Shown here: positions 25,336-31,581 of the stretch, piece by piece
How the letters are laid out: each line of letters begins with the position of its first letter
How positions within the stretch are numbered: the first letter of the stretch is position 1
DNA from: Polyangiaceae bacterium
Lineage (GTDB): Bacteria; Myxococcota_A; Polyangia; Polyangiales; Polyangiaceae
Assembly: GCA_033763455.1 (NCBI GenBank)
Contig: JANRKO010000090.1
Location: 1 to 31,581, forward strand
Length of the DNA stretch: 31,581 nt
Reading direction: 5' to 3'
The notes under the pieces: generated by a model
Databases searched by the model: none
What the model saw: only the letters and a program-made list of their open reading frames with translations
Told to the model about the DNA's origin: nothing
Made by a program: the position numbers and the translations under genes

Positions 25336-26679
25336 TCAAGCCAAGCTCAAAGCCGCCACTACATCCGCCTCTTTCACTTGCTTGGCTTCGCCCGTCTTCA
25401 TCTCCTTGAGCTGCACTTCGCCGCGTGAGCGTTCATCGGGCCCGGCCACCAACGTGTAACGCGCTCCCCGATCGCTCGCCTCTTTGAGCTGAGCCTTGAG
25501 CCCGCCGGATTTCAAAGACGTGACGACCCGCAGCCCCTGCTTACGCAGCGACTCGGACAACTTGAGCGCATAGCCCCGCTCCTCGGCGTTGAAGACAGTT
25601 ACGTACACATCTACGCGCGCCAGATCTGCGGGGAATGCGTTGCGTTCACTCATCAGCATCAGAATGCGTTCGAAGCCGATGGCGAAACCAACAGCCGGAA
25701 TACTTTCTTTGCCAAAACGCTCCACCAGCCCGTCGTAGCGGCCACCGCCTGCAAGAGAAAAAGGCACGCCTTCCACCCAAATCTCAAAAATGGGCCCGGT
25801 GTAATATCCCATGCCGCGCGCCAGAAGCGGCTCGATGGAGATACTCAGCGTTGCACCGCGCACTTCTGTGAGCTCTGAAATCATTCGGCTCACGTCCAAC
25901 AACGCGGGATCGGTTGCAGGTAACCTGAGGCGCTCCGCCAACAACTTGAGCCCAGCCACAGCCGGCAATGCGGAGATTTCGGGGGCATTCAGCTTCGCGA
26001 GCTTCTCAGCGGCATCAGCGGAAATACCACGCTCAGCGAGCTCCTTGGCCACGCCTTCAAGGCCAATCTTATCCAGCTTGTCGAGCGCAATCACGGCGCT
26101 TGGTTGGAGCTCTTCACTCACGCCCAAATAACCTAACACCGCCTTCAACAAACGCCTATCGTTGAGGCGCAAGCTAAACCCACCAAAGCCCACCGCATCG
26201 AGCGCTCCAGTTGTAGCCAGCAATACCTCTACTTCAGCGGCCACATCAGCCACCCCTAAGATATCGACATCGCACTGGAAGAATTCGCGAAAACGCCCGC
26301 GGCCGGGCCTATCCGCGCGAAAAACGGGGCCAATGTGATAGCGACGAAACGGGCGCGGCAGCTCCGCTCGATGCTCCATGTAATAGCGAGCTAACGGCAC
26401 CGTGAGATCGAAGCGAAGGCCTGCATCTGCAAGCTCCTCTTTAGCTTCGATGGCGCGGTCCAAGGCCGCACCGCGCTTGAGCGCTTTGAAGATCAGCTTC
26501 TCGTTCTCATCTCCGCCTTTGCCGAGGAGCACATCCAGGCGTTCGAGGAGCGGGGTTTCGATTGGCTCGAACCCGTAGCGTTCGTAGACGGCTTTGAACG
26601 CCGTCATCAGATAATCGCGCTGCCGTACTTCGAGCGGCAGAAAGTCTCGCATGCCCTGGAGGGGCCCCGTGGCTATCAT
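25336..26679 (-). CDS. hisS: Histidine--tRNA ligase
   Basis: GMRDFLP, LRFDLTVP, FRADRPGRGRFREFFQCDVD, RGMGYYTG, AGGGRYD, GFERI, C-terminal anticodon-binding domain. Confidence 0.98.
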   Translation of the reverse strand: MIATGPLQGMRDFLPLEVRQRDYLMTAFKAVYERYGFEPIETPLLERLDVLLGKGGDENEKLIFKALKRGAALDRAIEAKEELADAGLRFDLTVPLARYYMEHRAELPRPFRRYHIGPVFRADRPGRGRFREFFQCDVDILGVADVAAEVEVLLATTGALDAVGFGGFSLRLNDRRLLKAVLGYLGVSEELQPSAVIALDKLDKIGLEGVAKELAERGISADAAEKLAKLNAPEISALPAVAGLKLLAERLRLPATDPALLDVSRMISELTEVRGATLSISIEPLLARGMGYYTGPIFEIWVEGVPFSLAGGGRYDGLVERFGKESIPAVGFAIGFERILMLMSERNAFPADLARVDVYVTVFNAEERGYALKLSESLRKQGLRVVTSLKSGGLKAQLKEASDRGARYTLVAGPDERSRGEVQLKEMKTGEAKQVKEADVVAALSLA

Positions 26680-27000
26680 AGTGGCGCGGAGGGTAGCGCC
26701 GAGCGCGCTAGGCGCAACCCGTGATCAACTTCGGTTCGTCGTAGCGACGTCGTAGCGCCACTTGCCGTGTCTCCCGCAGCCAACCTCCCACCGGGACTTT
26801 CGGTTTTGGCAATTTAGCCGCATTTTCTCCCCACGTCCAACGGAGGCACGGCGCCCAAGCAGCTGGCCGCCACTAGCTAACTCGGAAACCCTCGGGTAAC
26901 CCCGGAGCACACCTCTACGCGCCTAATCACGCTCCAACAGAGTTGGCACGCTCCTTTCGATGAGCGCCCCAAATGGGGCATCCAGCGCTCACTCACCGCC

Positions 27001-27929
27001 ATGCTGCTGGCGCTCGCAGCGACGGCTACGCCCGCCGCGAACCCGAGCAAACGGGTGCTCTACCAGGCCGTGGCTGAGCACTGGCCCGCTTTCCGCGTGC
27101 AGCTCGAAGAGCTCGGCGGATTGCCAAAGTTCGTGGTAGAGGAAGATGGACGTTTATCTCACCTGCGGCATTCTGGAGCGCGGCTGTTTGCAGCTTACCT
27201 GCCGGGCTTGTGGCCGCTCGCAGCTCGTGGCGTTTTTCTGCAAACGTCGAGGCTTCTGCCCCTCTTGCGCAGGCCGTCGAATGGCGGACACTGCCGTGCA
27301 CCTCGAAGAATGCGTGATCCCGGCCGTGCCCATCCGGCACTGGATCTGTTCCCTACCTTGGGGCGTGCGAGCTCTGCTCGGCTACGACAAGAAGCTGTGC
27401 GCGGAGGTAGCGAGTGCGTCGACGCTGACGCGCACCCATTGGAGCAACAAGAGCCCGGCCTCTCTGCTTGCTATGCCGCTGCCGCGCAGGGTGTTGCTGT
27501 CTCAGGCGAACGGGCAGGCCAGCCCTCTCTCCGCCTCGTTGTTGCCCTCCACCGCGATTTCACATGATTCGGTATTTTGGGGTGCTTTCAAGCCATTCCG
27601 CGGTGCGCTCCGAAGTGGTGCCCACGCCGCGCCTCGACCCTGCCGCGCATGCGCCACCAACGGCTCCGGGCGATCAGTTGGAGCTACTCGCGAATCCTGA
27701 CGACAAGCCGCCGAGCACTCGCAAGCGCTGGGCTTGGCTGTTGAAGCATGTATTTTCTGCCGACCTTGACGTTTCTCCTCGTTGTGGGGGTGTCCTGCGT
27801 TGGAGTGATGCTGCTACGACTACGGAAGACATCCAACGCCTTATGGCCGCGCATGGCCTCGTGCCACAGCCTCCTCCGCGGGGACCGCCAGCCCCTCCGC
27901 CTGGGCAACTTGGGTTTAGGTTTCGCTAG
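27001..27929 (+). mobile_element. IS91-family (Y2, rolling-circle) transposase remnant, frameshifted and internally deleted
   Basis: LYQAVAEHWPAF...LPKFV (frameshift near 27145), Zn domain YLTCGIL..C..C..FCKRRGFCPSC, linker LSACYAAAAQG..GERAG, C-terminal PPRFHMIRYFGV...WAWLLKHVF..PRCGG, spread over three frames. Confidence 0.88.
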
Positions 27930-28284
27930 TAGCAACCAGCGCGGCAGATTGGTCCTTCTGATGCAGCCGCGAAGGCGCTGGTTTGTTCGCGTTCCCAACC
28001 CCTGGACTCCGGTGGACGTTGCCTCGGCTTTCACCGTGAGTTTCTCAGCTTCGCTCAAGGGCAAAGCCTCAATGCGCTGGTCGCCGCGCTGAACGGCCGC
28101 TGAATCGGCGGCTATGACCTTGAGGGTTTTGTGGCTTCAATTTTCCTTGGCGTCGGCGATGCCAGCAGCTAGGCCGCACGCTTCCACGCACTCACAGCTT
28201 TCGAGCCGCAGGATCCGCGTCGTCGGGAAGCACTCGGTGCGTTGGTACAGGACTTTCAGGTAGAGCTGAGCAGATCCGCATTAA

Positions 28285-28590
28285 CGATGCCGCTCGGGGA
28301 CGGCGCTCGTTCAGGACCTCGCCCTCGTCGGTACGAAGCTCGAACGACGCGGTCTCAGGAACACGCCGCGGCCCGAGCTTGCGGGAACGCCCGCGCTTGC
28401 TCGGTATCTGTCGGATAACGCCGCAGCCATTCTAGCCGGACGCCATCGTGTCCCGGAAGGGTGGCTCGCGGATCGCGCGGATGTCCGGACCATCGATTGG
28501 CGAGCATCGGAAACGCCGGCCGAGGTGGGGCACGAGTTCGAACGCGTTCGACGATATTGTTTTCGAGAGGCACCCCGGGCTTTCGGGTGA
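28285..28590 (+). pseudogene. Internal fragment of a hypothetical protein gene (no clear start)
   Basis: Open frame LALVGTKLERRGLRNTPRPELAGTPALARYLSDNAAAILAGRHRVPEGWLA..W bounded by TAA and TGA; protein-like composition. Family resemblance is from memory only. Confidence 0.4.
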
Positions 28591-28959
28591 AAAGGGTACT
28601 TGTTCCAGCGTTTGAGAATGTAGTTTCCGAATCGAGTCGCCACGATCAACGTCATGCCCAGCGCTTACCCAATTCGGTGTTCCATCCCTCTCGGTTTCCA
28701 GTATTTTCGGACACCGCCCTAGATCCACTCGCGCCATCCGCTGGCAACGCACCGTCGATATTCGCTGCTTCGGCTATCGCATCAGGTCCGTCTGAAAGCC
28801 GCGAATGGTACCCAAGGGTACCGAGTGGGTGCCGAAAGCGACTATTGACCAATAATTAAGAGAGAAACTGTAAGTGTAGGTTGGGTTTTAGCAGCACACC
28901 CACGTACCCCCAAGGGTTGACGCCGAGTACAGCTTCATGGCACTGGTGGACCCTTTGCG

Positions 28960-29559
28960 ATGTTGGGGCAATTTCTTAATAGCTGGGCGTTTGATTCGCG
29001 GGCAAATGTGCTCGTGGCCCTATCCGCTTTCGGGGTGCTGGGTGGTTGGGCATTGTTATCACCAGGGAGCTACGCATGCGGCGTGTGCCGAAGTTTGACG
29101 GATCCAGCCCCCACGCCGACTGCGCAAAGCGTCAAGCTTTCGAGCTCCCAGGCTGCGCTTGCGGGCGCTTCGAACGAACTGTTCAAGCGCATCCTGGAGC
29201 TGCGAGGGCGAACCAACCCCTGCTCCCTGGGTGTTTCTCTGCGTTTGCCGGCGCTAGTTCGCAGCCCCGCTCTCGATCGGGCGGCGGAGGCTCACGCCAT
29301 CGAAATGGCGGAGCTTGGCTATTTGGCCCATGTGGATGCTACGGGGAAGAGCCCTCGGGCGCGAGTTCAAGCGGCTTTGGCAGGCGCTCATGTGGCGGGT
29401 GAAGTGATTGCGGCTGGCCATAGCACCGCTCAGCAGGTGGTTCAGGCTTGGGCTCAAAGCGCTGACCATTGCCAGATTATCGTCTCAGAGGCGTACGGGC
29501 AGCTGGGGGTTGCGGCTGCTACATCCAAAGCGGGGAAGGTATGTGTGCATCCTGGGTGA
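28960..29559 (+). CDS. CAP (SCP-like) domain protein, C-terminally truncated
   Basis: LDRAAEAHAIEMAELGYLAH, GEVIAAG, VVQAWAQSADHCQII, GQLGVA; the usual final YW-Q-F strand is missing. Confidence 0.8.
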   Translation: MLGQFLNSWAFDSRANVLVALSAFGVLGGWALLSPGSYACGVCRSLTDPAPTPTAQSVKLSSSQAALAGASNELFKRILELRGRTNPCSLGVSLRLPALVRSPALDRAAEAHAIEMAELGYLAHVDATGKSPRARVQAALAGAHVAGEVIAAGHSTAQQVVQAWAQSADHCQIIVSEAYGQLGVAAATSKAGKVCVHPG

Positions 29560-31581
29560 TTCCCCGCCTCGCCCGGGCTTGGCGTGCAAGCCGGAGCCCA
29601 ATGAATGGGAGCTGAGCCCGGCCTTCATCCGCAACGCACGCAAGGGAGATATGTTCATCAACGCCGGCTGCGGCCCCATCGCCAAGCTCTTGCAATCCAT
29701 CGGCCAAACGTACTCCCACGAGGCCATCATGACGCAGAATTACTACGGGCTAGCGCATTCCACGGCATCGAAGGACTACCTGACCGCCGACATCCCCAAG
29801 GACGAGCGCGCCGTTGGTTACAACAGGTTTACTGAGCACCGCTTGCGCTACGCATGGCCGGGTGCGCTCAAGGAATCGGTAGATGAGGCCTTCAACGGAG
29901 CTCGCTACCTCGCGGACGACGGTAAGGTCTATTCCATGAACACATTCAACCCGGAGCCACAGCAATGTGAAGGATTCTCGACATCATATCCCATTCTCGT
30001 GATTCGGCCACCCCTCGAGTCCGACAGCTTAGTGCGCCCCATTCTGCACCAAGCGGCCGACATCGCAAAAGCTGCAGAAAGCCACTACCGGTTCTTTGCT
30101 TTCACCCAAGGTAATGTCTCGTTCGACCCACCGCAAAATTACTCCTCTCGGCCCGTAGTGCCGGGCTACACCAATCAATACCCTTTGAATACCAGCTTCC
30201 GCTCGCCTTCAGGCGAGCCCGCCACGGTGTCGACCACGTTCCTTTGGGATGCGCTCAAGCGCGCGGGTGCCACGCTAGAGGGTTGCCAATTTGAAGATTC
30301 GGATGGCAGCATCAATGATCGTCGCGACACTTTTTGGGTAGGTCTGCCGTACGCATCGGACACGGATTGCACCAGTCCTCGGATCGGCGGCACCGTTGAC
30401 GGCTTGTATTGGTACCGCGAAGCCCTGAGGGACGTCGCGGGCCAGGCCGTGTACGATGCAACCTACAATGACGTAGCCGCGGAGATTGCGAAGGGTGGCG
30501 GCAATGCCGTCTTCGTTGCCGGCGTCGCGGGTCATTTCATAGGCGATCACGCTCGCTCCTTCGCCCACCAGATGCTCAATTGCTTCGCCTACGATGCCTG
30601 CAGTGAGAACCTCGTCGGAGACGACAGTACACGCTACGATCCGACTGTTGAGGGATCCCGTTCCCCGTTGCCATTCGGAGATGGCGTGTCGGTGAGCCCC
30701 GATGATTTCCTGATGTGGGACACCCCCGCACAAGGCGGAGTCTACGGCCAAAGTGAGAAGGCTCAGTTGCGGAGCGGTGAGTACCGACGCATTCATCGTT
30801 GGCGTGCGGCTGAAGGTACCTTCACAGTGGTTGGGCAGGTGCTCCGCGCTGGGGCGCCTGTGGCCGGGGCCACGGTGGAGGTGGGGCCGGCAGTCACGGT
30901 TTCCGATGTCAACGGCAATTTTCGGGTGGCAGGCGTCGAAGGGGGTAACGTCAGCGTCCGCGCGCAGAAAACGATAGACGGGGAGAGCTACACCGACGAG
31001 GAGCTGGTGCAAGTATCCGCATCAACACCCCTCGTGGTCTTGGAGCTAACAGCAGAGAGCTCGCGGCCGCCAGAAGGCCTCGTGTTATACGCTCGCCGCG
31101 TCAACATTACTGGCAACACCCGCATCAAAGACGACGAGGGATTCGGCGAAACGGACCAATTCAAAGACACCCCCATCAATGCGTTCTGCGAAGTGAGCCC
31201 CCTAATGCGCCGAACTGCCCTAACTCTTCGAAGCGAATGCGCAGGCGGTGAAGCCTGGGGTGAGTCCACCGTAGAATGCTTGCTTCTCCCCAATAACCAA
31301 GATGTGCAAGTAGTGCTTAATGTGAAGCTCTACGAGGGAACGAGCTGCGGCACCACCGATCTTGACGGAACCGCGCCCCCCGCCTTGATCCCAAGCCTTG
31401 CGCCTGGGCAGAACGCTCCAATCGGCACTAGGGCTAACAACGATGTGCGTCACGAAGCTGCAGCTGACCAGCGGGTGCCGGCCTGGAGACGATCCGGGTC
31501 GAAGTCTCGTCAGCGGAAATACCGAAAGGTCGTTGTATCGAGTCTTGCGTCTTGCATCGCGAGGTGCCGGGCGAAGCGTAG
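29543..31581 (+). CDS. Permuted papain-like NlpC/P60 (YiiX/YebB-like) protein with a carboxypeptidase-regulatory-like domain; 5' end probably lost, no stop in window
   Basis: Absent from the ORF track. Frame open from 29408 to the window end: RKGDMFINAGCGPIAKLLQSIGQTYSHEAI, LRYAWPG, HYRFFAF, TVSTTFLWDALKRAG, VSPDDF, then VVGQVLRAGAPVAGATVEV..SDVNGNFRV. Confidence 0.75.
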   Translation, partial: MCILGDSPPRPGLACKPEPNEWELSPAFIRNARKGDMFINAGCGPIAKLLQSIGQTYSHEAIMTQNYYGLAHSTASKDYLTADIPKDERAVGYNRFTEHRLRYAWPGALKESVDEAFNGARYLADDGKVYSMNTFNPEPQQCEGFSTSYPILVIRPPLESDSLVRPILHQAADIAKAAESHYRFFAFTQGNVSFDPPQNYSSRPVVPGYTNQYPLNTSFRSPSGEPATVSTTFLWDALKRAGATLEGCQFEDSDGSINDRRDTFWVGLPYASDTDCTSPRIGGTVDGLYWYREALRDVAGQAVYDATYNDVAAEIAKGGGNAVFVAGVAGHFIGDHARSFAHQMLNCFAYDACSENLVGDDSTRYDPTVEGSRSPLPFGDGVSVSPDDFLMWDTPAQGGVYGQSEKAQLRSGEYRRIHRWRAAEGTFTVVGQVLRAGAPVAGATVEVGPAVTVSDVNGNFRVAGVEGGNVSVRAQKTIDGESYTDEELVQVSASTPLVVLELTAESSRPPEGLVLYARRVNITGNTRIKDDEGFGETDQFKDTPINAFCEVSPLMRRTALTLRSECAGGEAWGESTVECLLLPNNQDVQVVLNVKLYEGTSCGTTDLDGTAPPALIPSLAPGQNAPIGTRANNDVRHEAAADQRVPAWRRSGSKSRQRKYRKVVVSSLASCIARCRAKR

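Noticed and set aside
24613..25785. DGR template/variable repeat pair
   Set aside because: Too short, no reverse transcriptase in the window, and the two mismatches are synonymous in hisS.
26943..26960. Sigma54-like TTGGCACGCTCCTTTCG upstream of the transposase
   Set aside because: The -24 half is good but the -12 GC is TC.
30275..31453. Minus-strand ORFs (245, 101 and 77 aa)
   Set aside because: Antisense shadows of the long plus-strand ORF.
1..31581. tRNA, rRNA, integrase or prophage genes
   Set aside because: None recognisable by eye.

Overview
GC-rich window from what is probably a myxobacterium (Polyangiaceae-like). This is inferred from the many Cys/Gly-rich lipoproteins, the Myxococcus-type cysteine repeats and the Ser/Thr kinase. 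Left end: a heavy-metal RND adaptor gene running off the window, preceded by a small lipoprotein sharing its tandem C-x2-H-x6-C-x2-C repeats and by a Cys-rich leader-like ORF. 2.4-17 kb: a cell-surface/glycan cluster with a polysaccharide deacetylase, an MBOAT O-acyltransferase, a 1620-aa lipoprotein with four PA14 domains behind a sigma54-type promoter, three more lipoproteins, manA and a discoidin-fused GT-C-like membrane protein. Next come a degenerate Ser/Thr kinase with a partner gene, two divergent Cys-rich lipoproteins, a protoglobin, a DUF4160/DUF2442 putative toxin-antitoxin pair and hisS. A decayed copy of the hisS 3' part (24572-24648) suggests the TA pair arrived by recombination inside hisS. 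Right end: a decay zone with a multiply deleted IS91-like transposase, a gene fragment, a truncated CAP gene and a long ORF missing from the ORF track (permuted NlpC/P60-like, with Ser at the expected catalytic Cys). All calls are from manual motif recognition; no database searches were run.
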